Assembly (NCBI GenBank): GCA_000409485.1
Contig: KE145371.1
Source of the DNA: Glarea lozoyensis ATCC 20868
Lineage: Eukaryota
DNA: 64,000 nucleotides
Reading direction: 5' to 3' (one strand)
This document shows, piece by piece, positions 11,707-24,734 of this stretch. Positions within the stretch are counted from its first letter, which is position 1; each line of letters opens with the position of its first letter. Made by a program: the position numbers and the translations under genes. The notes beneath the pieces are model-generated. The model made no database searches. It was not told where the DNA came from and was given only the letters and a program-made list of their open reading frames with translations.

Positions 11707-12931
11707 TCACCCGCTTTTCCCCTGCTCTACATCAACAGCTTCCACATCGCCAGCTTCAGCGGCCCCATGAGGTTTAACAGTCGTAGCTCTTCCTTCCTGG
11801 TGAGTCTCCCAGAACCTTTCCTCTAGCTTTTTGCCTCTGAGAGCGCTTGCTAAATCGAAAGGATCAACCACAGTCACGAGCCAATGCCTTTTATCATCGT
11901 AGCCTGGACCTTCGACTTCGGTAACACCATCGAGAGCCAGATACACCTTATTGTTACGAGGTAGGTACCGCATTGGGTGATTGAAATTGAGGAGGAAAGT
12001 ATTAATCATCATCAAAGACCCCTCAAAGACCCAAAAGAACCATTCATACCTCAGCAATGGAGAGAGAGAATTTGGGTCGATTTCACCTTGGAAATTCAGC
12101 GAGGAGGCGGTGAAGTACTCGACGGTTCTGAAGGTCGTTCGAATGCCGATTAAGGTGCTGCTGATATAAAGTGTGCGAAGTGGTTGGACTAGGTTATTCG
12201 GCACCAAGCCAGCTTTCAAGCATCGTCGGTGGAACGTAATTGCCAGTACCACAAATAGACTTAGCACAACAAGTTGTAGAATGAGTGCGGATTTAAGCAG
12301 AGAATGTCCGATCTCTTGCTTCTTCTGTGAGAGTGACGTGTTAGCGACGTATGCAGCACCGTTGCCGTTTAGGGCTTCGATTATTGTAGATATGAATCCG
12401 AAGGTCGTCAGGACCCGCCCTGGGTGGATTGGAGAATGGTATGGGACGTAATAAAGAATTCGAGAGAGGATGAAGTAGTTTGCCAGTTCATAGATCGGAC
12501 TTGAAGAAATATCAGCGAATTTGGGTAAGTTAGTTTTTAAAGGAGCAAGGCTTACGGAGCAGCGTAGATGAACACTAGACTTGCGATGAAGATATTGATG
12601 TTTCCATACATGAAAGCGCCTATTTCTCGGAGTATATAGCCAATAACGAATAGAAGTGCCGCCCAAGGGAAAATCCCAGTGACTTTCCAGCACTTGTAAC
12701 GACTTCGAAAAATATTAGACGAAGACAACTGTGGGGGTATTACAATGACTTACACACACTGATATGTATGCCATATCATAGAGACACCAAAGAGAGTGGC
12801 CCAGACAACAGGAGCCCCTTTGTTTGGCGCGTAGAAGTACAAAGAACCTTCGACTATAATCTTGTCAGAGGGTTATCACTAGGCTGGTAATCAAAATGAG
12901 AACTCGTACCATATTTTCCATTTTCTGCCAT
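11707..12931 (-). CDS. RTA1-like (lipid-translocating exporter family) 7-TM protein
   Basis: ATG 12931 (MAENGK), short exons including YFYAPNKGA, then PIYELANYFILSRILYYVPYHSPIHPGRV, IRTTFRTVEYF, EWFFWVFEG and HPMRYLP. Confidence 0.88.
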
Positions 12932-15924
12932 GCCTTCTCTCCCGGGGCTTCAAATTTCAAGCAACAGTTTCGGGATCCGATGAGTACTGTCGTACACTCG
13001 TCGCTGTCCCTTTTTGTCCGCTGTTTATTTTGCTGCAATTAGATCTGTGTAGAGAGCGTGAGTTGCGTTATCATGAATGGGATGAAACGACGCCGGGAAG
13101 ACGTATATACTGTTTTATACATCAAAAACGAAGAATACTCCAGTCATTGAGTTGGAAGTCTTACAATTAAATTATGTCGCGTACGCCCGACAAGGCGAGG
13201 AAGCTGAACTAACAGCTAGGCGAAGATGACTTCGAAGCTGGATGCGAAGAACCTTGTAATTGCCTGCCGTGTCTCTTCCACATGCACCAATGAGATGATA
13301 CAATTGACACAATGGTCAAGGGATTAAATAATCCGAGCTTATTTTCCATACCACCACTACGAAAGTGATATCTTATTATCCCTTGCCTACGAGGGCAGAC
13401 GACAAGAAATTAAGATACAGCCCCAACTGCGAGTATTGAGTTTCCGACGATAAATCAGTGTTTGATTGTAGAAGGGCTTCCCGCGAGGCGGTATTCCAGG
13501 TGTTCAGTAATCCAGTGCCAGAAAATCTCGGCGCCGTAAGACGGGTAGATTTTGCTGCCGATTGTTTGTTGGGTGGCAGCGCATGTGATAAGCCAATTAT
13601 TTTTGATACAAGTTTGCGAGTGAGGTGTGATACTTTATCTTGTACACCACAGAAGAGAGAGGAGATATCTTGGTATGTCGGCGCTACACTATTGTTATAT
13701 TGCCACGAAAGCAAACCTACCTAATGCTACAAAAACTTCCATGTCACTTAATGTCGGCTACAGTTCTTGCAGTTTGAAGTGCCTAGATACTTAGTGCGGT
13801 ATTTGATGACCAGCTCCCACGGCCCCCTCAGATTGATGGTCTAATGTCTAGGTGAGACTGGCTCACGATATTAAGAACAGGTGGGCGCCGGTGGGTTTTC
13901 ATCACAAACTAAAGCGAGCTAGGCTTCTTTTTCTGATATCCCAACCTCCTGAGCTCAGTTAAGCCATATCCAAAGATCCAACCGTCTAAGTTGTCAAGGG
14001 ATCACTTCTCGATTTGAGGTAAAGTCCAGACGTTCCACGGCAACTGAGCTTTTGCCCTGTGTTCAGCAGATTCTGGGGTGCGTATGAGTCAGATGACACA
14101 TTTTATATCTTGTCGACTTAGAGTGGAATCTCTTGTTGGGAACAGAGCCTCGGAAAGGTTGGTCTCAGTTGACTGTGCGGCCGCTCTGGGGGGGTTTAAG
14201 AGTGAAAAGAACTCTCGTAGTTTGTTGGAACGATCACAGACGTCAAAAGCTCTGTTGTATCTGGGCTATCCGAGATTGGTTGGAGGGCGACTTAGTCAAA
14301 GCTACGCAGCGGAAACCATGGGCCTTGAGCAACGAGCAGTCGTCGACCTGCTGCAGTCGAACCTGTAGAGCTCTCGATCACATATATCGAAACAGATCCA
14401 CAAGCGTTTCCTGCAGCTTCCAGATATCGCACGGCGATGTACTAACTCATGTCTTCTTTTCTTTCGTTCTCTTCTGATAGCTTTAGCCTACCCTCCTTGT
14501 GCCTCGAGCTTTAAGCCAGTGGGGTTTGGCGGCTGATTAATCATGGCCCACCATTACCAGTCCATAATGCTGGACGGCGGCAAATACAACAACGCATTTT
14601 CACAACATCCCCAGTTGATCCTATGAGTCTGCTAACGGTGTCGAGACTGACAGAGAAGAAAGTCAATTTAAAAGGACTAAGATGCGCTCAAGCCCCTAAA
14701 CCGCTTCGCTTTTATATGAAAGACATCTTTCGAAGCATATCGCAACGTCGATTTGGAGTAGTCTTAGTTTTGTATGTATTACGTCGACTTGACGGCTGAT
14801 TACGAACCTATCGCTTTCTCTCCAGTTTATAGGCCGGCCCCTCTTGTCAGAAACTCGATGTCGGCGTCCAGGGGTGTTCCTGTAACTGGAACTAGCTGTA
14901 GGATTAATGAGCTACCAGAACTTACCTCGACAGAACCATGCCAGTCATAGCCAGTCATTGACTGTTTGACAATGATGGCGAAGAATATCGAACACGTCTT
15001 CATATATTGGCAAGCGCGAGGTACTGCCGTAGGCCTCCTAGTGCAACCCTCAGCTAGGTAGTCGACGTAGAAGCTGGCTGTGGGACTATTAAGAGCCATC
15101 GCAGTGAGAAAGGGGAGGCTGGGTATCGGAAGTTCGACTTATCCTCGTCTTAAGCGGAAAATCCAGCGCCGTGTGCGGAGAGATGGCTCTGCTATAAATG
15201 TCCTCGCCATATGCAACAGACTTTACTGCGATGACAAGAAAGTTTAGCGACAAACGCTCCCGAGCTCGTATAGGAGCCTTCCCTGTTATCGGCCAGGCAC
15301 AAGTCCGCTACTGCGTCCCAAAGATTAGATGTTAGTTCTTGCAACATTTATACTTTCTACGATCTAGTAGTTTACTGTAGCTGAACGCAAGTGTTTTGCA
15401 TCAGGGAGCTAGACGCATGCCATACCCTCGACACCGACTCTGGCGACTGGGTGTGCGAGTAGCTGCAATAAAATATACATACTTGCAAAACCTGTGGTTT
15501 CTGACTCCAGGCCTCAATGCAGTCGCTGGGAGATGGTCACATTCCACATAAGTAGCTCAGCTGACTGGAAGTCGCATTGAAGAGTCGTCGCTTGAATGTG
15601 CAAGTCGAAGTTATGTGTCCCGAGACAAAGAGAGGAGGCATCCGTCACGTGCGCGTATGTCGAGGATAATAATTAAGACCGCCAAGACACTAGCTTCAGC
15701 AGCATCTCCGTCGTCGTCCCGTTTTTCCTCTTCAGGAACCAGTACTCCGTAACTACCTAGGTAGGTAATTTCATTCATCACCATTTCATGATACCGCTTT
15801 GGGACGCGTCGAGAACTCCAATTCCAGAGCTTCTTTCATCCATCAGTTCAAGCGCGCGGCTATTTCGAGAATTCATGATGTTCCAAGATTCTCAAGCCGC
15901 GCCCTCCCGTGCCACCCGAAGAGC

Positions 15925-15960
15925 CTCCTCGCGCCTCTCCTCGCGCCTCTCCTCACCCCT
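15925..15960. repeat. 12-bp tandem repeat (CTCCTCGCGCCT) x3, third copy degenerate
   Basis: Read directly from the sequence. Confidence 0.7.
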
Positions 15961-17152
15961 CTCTTTCCGTGGACTTGACCTCACTCAGCCAGCTCATCTC
16001 CTAGAGTTGGGGCTTTTACTTCATCTTAGTGTGGCTCCAGCATATTGAACGTCAACCCCTCAATTTCTGGAGTGCGCAGAGGCTTGGTACCGTACAAGAC
16101 CCTACACCTTACACCCTTTCTCGCGTGGATGGATCTGGTTGCTACGTACGTCTACGAGCACATTATGCAAATGTATTTGCTCGATGGGTCATTTTACATT
16201 TCTGCTTCTGCTGCTCGTTGGATTGTCACAATACGTCGGGGCCTCTGACCGTTCGTGAGGCTCGTGGTGTTGGTGGTCGTGGAACGACACCAGCCTCGAT
16301 TCACGAAGCGTTGGCCCTGGGACTCGGAGTCGTCACAACTGCAACTCGTGGCAATAGACGGTGTACGTCGATTGTTCTTTTGCTGGATCACAGCCCGGCT
16401 CGAGCTAGACCTTACAAGGACCTAGGTACCTAGTTATTTGACCAATATTGGACATAACGACCGATTGTTCCTATGCTTGGGTGGATATTGCATCTGGGCG
16501 TCTTTCTAGCAATTCGCTTCCAGCGTCTTGCGTTCTCATGCCATTATCGTGCCCTTAGCTTGTTGTGTATTTACTTGAGATTTCACAATCCCGCGCGCAT
16601 GGACGAGGGGAGGGGTTCGAGTTTTAGCCGTTGAGCTGCACTGCCCCCTAGGATGTCAATCCTTCGAGTTCTCCGCGTGTTCCATAGCCTCGCTCTCCTC
16701 ATCTCAGTCTTTGACAACAGTGGGCTACCGAGCCTATGATAACTTGCGTTCGGCGTCCCCTGCAGCTGAAATACCCCCGAATGATAGGTGGGCGAAGTAC
16801 TCCTAGATCTGTCGGTGGTTTGTGCTCTCCTGGGTGATCGTTTCATTTGCATGGCCCGAATTTGTGTGCCAAAATTACGAAAGAAGCAGGACTGCTTCAT
16901 AGCACAACGGTATCGCACTTCAACTCCTTTGTTTCTATCATCCTATGTTGCACCGTGGCTTCCACCTGCCAATAATCCTTTTCGATAACGGATCCTTCCT
17001 CACACAACTTTTAGTTTTCGAGATCACCTCCATTATAAACCATGGCCCACTGGGATTTTCGAAACTCAAATTCGGCGTCTCGCTGGCCAGCACCAGGGAT
17101 ATTTATAAACGTTGAATTTGGTGTTTCTTTCTCTCCAGTAGACAGACCACAC

Positions 17153-17983
17153 ATGTCGTCCATGAACTACACTTCTGATGCCATGCGAGAAAGTATGAAG
17201 CGCCAACACCAGGAAAATCGAGATGCTCAGTCCTCGAGTTTAGCGCCTCTATGGCAACAATCGAGACTGGAAAGACAGCAACGTCAGCAGCGCCAACAAC
17301 AGCACCGAGGTTCTCAACGCCCGCAACACAGAGATAATTCGCAGCGATCACGCAGATTGGGAATCGAGACACCAACACCACGCGAAAGAGGTCGTTCGGC
17401 TCCTCCTCAAGTAGCGACCACCCCCGTACCTCTATCACCGGATATAGCAAGCCCTGTCTCGTCATTATCGTCCTATGGAAGCGGTGTCGTCAGCATCATG
17501 GCACCATCTCTAGTATTAACTCCAACACTGAGAGATCGGCCACTACCTCCATTGCCGTCTCACTTTCGACTGGGAGAAGATGATATGCCATGGTCTACTG
17601 ATCCATGGTATCGCCATGATGAACAAGAGCCCACTGCAAGGGGCCGTCAACTGGAACAGACACGCAATCAGGGACGCGTGGAAGATCCCCAACGTATAAG
17701 AGAGCTAGAAGACTTGCATCTAGCTATGATGACTGTCGATAGCTTGGATCAGGAAGGCTGGCAGAGATGGACGTGGGATAGTTCTGAAGATGTTCCCAAG
17801 CCAACACAGCGAGCGCCGACGAGCCTAGGGTGGGCAGTAAGCAGGACTGAGGAAGTACCCGATCTTTATGCCACTGATCACTTGGACCGGGTCGGACACG
17901 CTGAGCATGCACCACCACCACCATACGTCGTTTCACAGTATGAGAGTACATATGGAAGAAGACCTCGAAGCGCGTATGCGTGA
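17153..17983 (+). CDS. Hypothetical disordered Q/R/P-rich protein with C-terminal PPPPY motif
   Basis: Intronless ORF (longest form starts at 17042; ATG 17153 MSSMNY chosen). Contains RPLPPLP, LEDLHLAMMTVDSL, SLGWAV and APPPPYV. Confidence 0.7.
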   Translation: MSSMNYTSDAMRESMKRQHQENRDAQSSSLAPLWQQSRLERQQRQQRQQQHRGSQRPQHRDNSQRSRRLGIETPTPRERGRSAPPQVATTPVPLSPDIASPVSSLSSYGSGVVSIMAPSLVLTPTLRDRPLPPLPSHFRLGEDDMPWSTDPWYRHDEQEPTARGRQLEQTRNQGRVEDPQRIRELEDLHLAMMTVDSLDQEGWQRWTWDSSEDVPKPTQRAPTSLGWAVSRTEEVPDLYATDHLDRVGHAEHAPPPPYVVSQYESTYGRRPRSAYA

Positions 17984-20626
17984 AAGGTTCTACAGAAGCG
18001 CTTTCTGGCACGCTCTCGAGCTCCTCTAATATCGACTTCAATGCGGTGAAGGAGTTCCTTCCGGATTTACATCGAGAATTGAGCACTTATGGCGACTCAT
18101 ACCAACCTCACGGTACTCATGGCTTCAAGAATCGACTATGGCTACGACTTAACCATAATGGATCGCACGAGGACGCATACACTCGCTCGCGGGCCCCTAA
18201 CCCTACGAAGCCTTTCCTCGAAAATCACAGAGATCGGAAGCAAAGAAGAATATGTGTGAGCACATCAAAGTTCTGATTACTGGCTACTGTAGTATCAAAC
18301 GCAGACTGCAGGATCTTAAGCGGGCGGCTTTTGACAAAATGACTGTTATTTACAAGTGAATATTCTTTGTACTTCGGTCAGTTATTACACATAATCTTAT
18401 AAAGATATGGCATTTTCTACATCACATTCCGTTGGCCTTGTTCAAGTGCGGTTGGTCTACTCGTAAAGTTTGAGTCATGCTCGTAACGATTAAACTCCTC
18501 ACCAATGAAACCGGAAATTATGGCTCAAATTTCTCAAGTAGGCAAACAAATTCTCGTGTCAACAGCCGTACGTTTGCGCGCGTGCGCTCCCCGTGCCGCA
18601 CGCTTTAATACACCATCTTGACTTCCAATCTCGACTATCGCAGGATTGTTAACCTAGTCTTCATGTACTAAATTGCCTTATGCTGTTCACTGGCGAGGCA
18701 CATTCAGATTTGACAAAAAGTAGTACACCAAGATCTAGTATCCAAACCCAACAACTTTCATCTCTGTGACAGTAATTGAAACCGTCTCGATTAATAGGAG
18801 CGTGTTGTAGCTTTGGTTTCAACAACCAGGAACACCAAACGTTCAGACGAAACTTCGCTGTGCGTGGCAAGGGGTCTCATTGTGGCGTGCCAGTCGATTG
18901 ACGGCGATCGCTGGTAGGCTGTGGGAGATCGGTGGAGTGGAATGGAGCCCGGTTTCTGGGGATCCGCACAGCCCCGATGGTAACGTTTGCGGAATATTCG
19001 ATGGTGTTTTGGTCGGTCTTCGGACGATGATGAGAAATTGTGATTTTCAGCTTTGGAAAGGGGGGGGGGGGTGTAAACATCTTTGATGGGTTGAGTGAGG
19101 TTGGCGTTGATATGGGGGGAAGAGGATTTCTTTGACTTGTACTTTGTGAACTCAGTCGGTGTTAGATGAAGATTGAGGATTTTTTGACTTCGCTGGTCCA
19201 ACAAGTTATTCATTCTAACCTGAGAGTAATCTCATCGGAGACATAATATCTAGGAGTGTGTTTTATCTGTTACTATGATGTTGTCAAAAAAGGCAAAGTG
19301 AGTGACAAATTTTAAAGGTACGGAGTACGCAATTTAACTCGGTTTCTAGAGTTCCCTTCAGTTTCTAAGTTCTTTTATCGTGTATTGAATGATCTACTAA
19401 ACCGTACAATGGAGACTTGGCACATGGCTGCGGTCTCATTCAGCTGTACTTGCTAGTTCCAGTATAAGTGTGTATACCTAACGAGCTAAAAGGGTATTCG
19501 TGCTTTTAACAGAAACTTTGGAAATCATTAGTAGGTAATCTAAGTTTGAATATTATCTAGCACAGATAGAAGCTCTCCTCAGCATGGAAATCTCGTATTG
19601 AAGCCTCAGATGAATGGAGGTAAAAATGGCCGGGGGGAAGCTCAACAGGATAGTTAAACGTATTCTTGCATGTTGGGTAGGATAAATTTGTTGAAATTTG
19701 GGCAAGAGATCAAAAAGAAAGTTCAAGAAGTGAATAGTAATTGGAAATAAGTCTTCAACAGTCTTCCGCCAAGTAGGTATAACAGTATAACCCAGTCAAA
19801 GTGTCATTTATCGTACTTGGCACTTCAATCAAGCAAAACTATACAGTAACATATAACAGCAAAAATTGCTTGATCGTACTGTGGTATGCAAGACAGTGCT
19901 TCCGGAAAAGTGCCAAACTGTCCGACCCTTCATGAATCTGCTAGGCAATGGTTGTAGTCTAAAATTTCCAGCCGGATATCACATCAGACGTATCAATCTC
20001 GGCACCTGGTTCACGGAGTCGCCTTGTTACTTCTTTCTACTCCTTTTGTGTCGGTTCAGCGAATCTCGCCACGATGAAGAGATTGGTTCAGAGCTTATCG
20101 ACACAGCAAGAAGCGGAAGTTCAATTTGATCAATAAGTCCCAGAGATATGGTTGAAGCAGAACATACCTACTTCTTCACCGCGAGAAGCTGATCGAAGAG
20201 TGAGCGGGATAGAAGTTATGTACTCTGATGCGGTCAGCATTACCTCCTCGTCGTCCTCCAATGCCGTCGCTCGAAGGCAGAGGCATCGCTGCTTATTCGA
20301 GCCCAGCAGACACAATTCTCTGTGATGTTAGGCGTTACAGTCCCAAAAAGCCTTTTGAAAGAGGAAAATATCAACTTGCTGGAAGTTCTTCAACAAATTC
20401 CACTACCAAGTGAGTTCGCAAATGAAAGCGAACGAGGGAACGAGTACGCGACGGAGCCGAAATCGGAACTCGGAGTGGGAGTGGTAAGATCCAAAAGCTT
20501 TGACCACATCTGATTCGGCACTATCCAGATCCCTGTCGATCCTTCACCGGGTCGAGCAGAAAATAATGGAGGGGCACAGCGCGGGGCGCTAACAAAATGG
20601 CTGAAGGCAAGCCCAAAAAGAATTTT

Positions 20627-20633
20627 TGACTCA
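20627..20633 (+). promoter_or_regulatory. Gcn4/CpcA (cross-pathway control) site TGACTCA
   Basis: Perfect TGACTCA about 90 bp upstream of the SHMT ATG. Confidence 0.55.
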
Positions 20634-20718
20634 ATAACCTCTCCGTCTCAAACCCATCTCACCGTCACCAAAAACCATTGTAAACACAACCTCAATTGCA
20701 AATCACCAGATCGCAAAA

Positions 20719-22348
20719 ATGGCAGCCAACGGTACCAATGGTGCTAGCACCACCTATGCTCTCCCAAAAACCCACCAGGATGTGCGTTGCCCCTCCAAGC
20801 TGACATGCTGAAAATGTAGACTGACCGATATTTGCTAGATGCTGGAGAAGTCGCTGCTCGACACGGATCCAGAGATTGCGGAGATTATGGTATGTCAGGA
20901 TTTGTCTTTTAAATTGGAAGAATATATTTGCTAATTTCCCTTTCTCTCTCAGAAATTGGAAATCCAACGTCAACGCGAATCCATCATCCTCATCGCCTCC
21001 GAAAATGTTACTTCCCGCGCTGTCTTCGATGCGTTGGGATCGCCCATGTCTAACAAATACTCGGAAGGCTACCCCGGTGCCAGATACTACGGTGGAAATC
21101 AGCACATCGACGCCATTGAGTTGACCTGCCAGGCTCGTGCCCTTAAAGCTTTCAATGTCACTCCAGACAAATGGGGTGTTAATGTTCAGTGCTTGAGTGG
21201 CAGTCCCGCCAACTTGCAGGTCTATCAAGCTATCATGAGACCTCACGATAGACTCATGGGTCTTGACCTTCCTCACGGTGGTCATTTGAGCCACGGCTAC
21301 CAAACCCCACAGCGGAAGTGAGTGGATTTTGTGCCATACATTGACAGCATACTAAAGAGTAACTAGGATCTCCGCCGTTTCCACATATTTCGAGACGTTC
21401 CCATATAGAGTCAACCTCGAGACTGGGATCATTGATTACGAGCAACTGGAGCAGAATGCTCTTATGTACAGACCCAAGGTTCTCGTCGCTGGTACCTCTG
21501 CATACTGCCGTCTGATCGACTACAAGCGTATGCGAGAGATCGCTGATCTAGTGGGCGCATATCTCGTTGTTGACATGGCACACATTTCTGGTCTCATTGC
21601 CGCCGGCGTCATTCCAAGTCCTTTCGAGTATGCCGATATCGTCACGACAACTACACACAAGTCTCTTCGTGGACCACGTGGTGCCATGATCTTTTTCAGA
21701 AAGGGTGTTCGCAAGACCGATGCTAAGACCGGTAAGGAGACTCTGTACGACTTGGAGGGTCCTATCAATTTCTCTGTTTTCCCCGGTCACCAGGGAGGAC
21801 CTCACAACCACACCATTACCGCTCTTGCCGTTGCTCTCAAGCAAGCCACCACACCAGATTTTAAGGCATACCAAGAGCAGGTTGTCAAAAATGCAAAGGC
21901 TCTTGAAGTTGAGTTCAAGAATCTCGGTTACAAGCTGGTCGCTGATGGAACGGATTCTCATATGGTACTTCTTGATCTGCGGCCACAGGCACTCGATGGT
22001 GCGCGCGTAGAGGCAGTTCTGGAACAGGTCAATATTGCTTGCAACAAGAACTCCATTCCAGGTGACAAGTCTGCGCTTACGCCATGCGGTATCCGCATCG
22101 GTACACCAGCTATGACTTCCCGTGGGTTTGGTGAGGATCACTTCAAGAAGGTCGCAGATTACATTGATCAATGCATCAAGATCTGCAAGGAAGTTCAAGC
22201 TGCTCTTCCAAAGCCCGACAACAAGCTAAAGGACTTCAAGGCCAAGGTGGCTGGTGGTGAGGTTGAGAAGATCAGCGCTATGCGCAAGGAGATTGCTTCC
22301 TGGGCTGGATCCTTCCCTCTTCCAGTTGAGGGCTGGAGAGCGGAGTAG
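20719..22348 (+). CDS. SHM2: Cytosolic serine hydroxymethyltransferase (4 exons)
   Basis: [38 protein letters not shown]-binding [23 protein letters not shown]; no mitochondrial presequence; three GT-AG introns. Confidence 0.97.
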
Positions 22349-22581
22349 TTTGCACATGCTTAAACGTTTTTCCTTTGGTTTCTTGGGGCGGGTGCGTTGT
22401 GAAAAGCGTCGGGACATTTTGCAGGCGCTCGGTTCTGGCTACTTCAACCAGTCATGATATCACGGAGTTTAATGGGCATTCAACGGTCTATTTACTCGAT
22501 TTTGAGCATTCAATCATCAGCGATTGACGATATCGTCTCGCTTTAAATCAAATACTATGTATTGACATAATATACCCATTG

Positions 22582-23448
22582 TCATAGCTTCTTTTCCTCG
22601 ACCCATTTCTCAATCCCTTTGATAGCTTCATCTACACCCTCAACAACAATAGTTGGCCCTCCACTAGCTAGATCCCCCAACCGATCACTCCAGCCCCCCT
22701 TTCCATGATGTCCCTGCCTATCTACCCAAGCCGCTTGCATTCCTGCCGCTCTGGCGCCAACAACATCAAATGGGTTCCCAGTGACCAGCCACACGCTTGC
22801 TACATGCTCTTTATTCTCCGGATCTTTGCCCACCTGTTTTAGCAAATAACTGTACACTTTTGGATGTGGCTTATAGACTTTAACCTCCTCAACAGTGATC
22901 AATCCCTTGAATACCTCAGAAAACTTGGATAGACTTGGAGACTGGTTTACAGAGCTAGATACCATATCATTGGTACCGTTAGAAAAGACATACGCGTCAA
23001 TAGTCTCCGAGTTTTTGATGCCCTCTAGAGCAGAAGGAACGTCATCAAACGTCCCTAGGTTATCATAGGCTTTCATCAGATTGGCGATATCCTTGTCTTC
23101 AAGCTTCACGCCTGATTCCTTAAGAGCATGAAGCAGTGATGTCCGCGTGATGTCCGAGAATGGTTTATACAGCTCTAAGACATCGAATTAGACGAGCTAT
23201 TGCGAGGATTTCGCGGACTCACGCATGCTATTCATTCGCCATGTATATTCCAGCTGAAACCTAGATGGAAATCAGAACTCGGGAGTGGGTAGGAGCGTGA
23301 GGAGGCTGGCTAACCGTCGCCATAATGCAGATACCTCGGCGGCTTTGTCGTCTCCGAAATGCACGGCGAGTTCTTTGGATATGCTTTCGGTGCTGAGGAG
23401 GGTGCCGTAGAGGTCGAATGCCACGACGGTTTTGCTTTTGGAGGTCAT
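22582..23448 (-). CDS. Haloacid dehalogenase type II-like HAD hydrolase (3 exons)
   Basis: VAFDLYGTLL, LWRR|FQLEYTWRMNSM, FSNG, YKPHP, VTGNPFDVVGARAAG. Confidence 0.9.
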
Positions 23449-23811
23449 GGTCACGTTTCTCTGGGGGTTTTGCTCTTTTTTAGGATAGGGAAGGGAAAGA
23501 TCTTGGCGATTGACTTGGAGAATCTTCTGGATTTTAATTGTAGGGGAGATGAGTCGAGATGAGTGATAGTTTCGCTGTGAGTGTTGGGGTTTTTGGATGA
23601 CGCATTCGGTGGGATGGAGTGGAAATAGCGGGGTTGAGTTACTGTACTATGCGGGAAGGGCTGAGAGTTTAGGTTCTATGTAGTTCTTTTTGGGTACATC
23701 ATTATGTATATAAAATTTGAGTATATATGCAACGACTTATTACCATGATCAAATCTCTTAGACACAACTTGCAAAACACCACCTAATCTTTCGTTCTGTT
23801 GAACCGACAAG

Positions 23812-24734
23812 ATGGCGAATCGTCATCATGATGCCGAGATACAAAAGATAGAGGACGCAAACTTCACACTATTCAGAGATTGTCTCTCAGCACCATTAAT
23901 CGAGAAATCCAGTTCCAAACCCTCTATTAAACAGAAGAAAGTAAGAAGCAATCGAAGTGGGAGGAAAACTGCTATAAAACCTGTAGTGGCGGTGGAGGAT
24001 AAGTCAGAGGACGATGCTAGCGAATTAGCCGAGTTTGTAGATGTGAGTAACCAGTCAATCACTTACTAAAACTGATAGTAATTCGTTGATTGAGAATAGT
24101 ACTTAGCAGAGGAGATCTTCACATCTTTACCATCTGATCTCCGGACCTTGACCTACTCAATATGGATCAACACACCCTCACTACACAAGACATACAGCAT
24201 TCCCCTCCCGGAATCGACAGTCTCGCATGTCATCAATACCATGGCACCATCAGTCATGGACACACTCTCAGCCTACCTCTCAGATCCGCAGCTCGAGACG
24301 AATAATATATTAGTCCGAGCATTAAACGCATATACAGAAACATTACTCACAGCACCACCCCCGCCGTCTCTAACCAAAGACAAAGCTTCCGGCTGTGAAT
24401 TGTGCGAGAGGAGTTGGATACCATTGACATATCACCATCTTATCCCTAGGGAGATGCATCAGAAGGTTTTAAAGCGGGGATGGCACACTGAGGATCAGTT
24501 GGGGAATGTTGCTTGGCTTTGTAGGGCGTGTCATAGTATGTACTCTATGTTGATGTTTGGAGATGGCGGATAGCGAAATGTGGTATGCTGACGAGAAACG
24601 TAGGTTTTGTGCATAGGGTTGCTTCGAATGAGGAGTTGGCGAGGGATTGGTATACGGTGGAGAGGTTGGAGGAGAGGGAGGATGTTATTGCTTTTGCGAA
24701 TTGGGTTGGTGGTGTGAGGTGGAAAGCTCGATAG
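23812..24734 (+). CDS. HNH-like zinc-binding protein (YisB-like; 3 exons)
   Basis: FTLFRDCLS N-terminus; CELCERSWIPLTYHHLIP..GNVAWLCRACHS|FVHRVASNEELARDWYT..VGGVRWKAR*; stop at 24732-24734. Confidence 0.85.

Noticed and set aside
13376..16990. Scattered 60-134 aa ORFs in the RTA1 upstream interval
   Set aside because: Mostly non-ATG starts with no domain resemblance; treated as intergenic.
18195..18205. CCCTAACCCTA as a telomerase RNA template
   Set aside because: An 11-mer like this is not improbable in 64 kb across both strands and all permutations. It lies in a likely 3' UTR, and I could not identify a pseudoknot or CR4/5 downstream.
20692..22198. Long antisense ORFs over SHM2 (likewise over the lipase, O-FucT-like gene and RRP6)
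   Set aside because: Expected shadow ORFs from codon bias of the sense gene.
22582..22593. HAD C-terminal KKL as a peroxisomal PTS1
   Set aside because: Non-consensus first residue and acidic upstream context.
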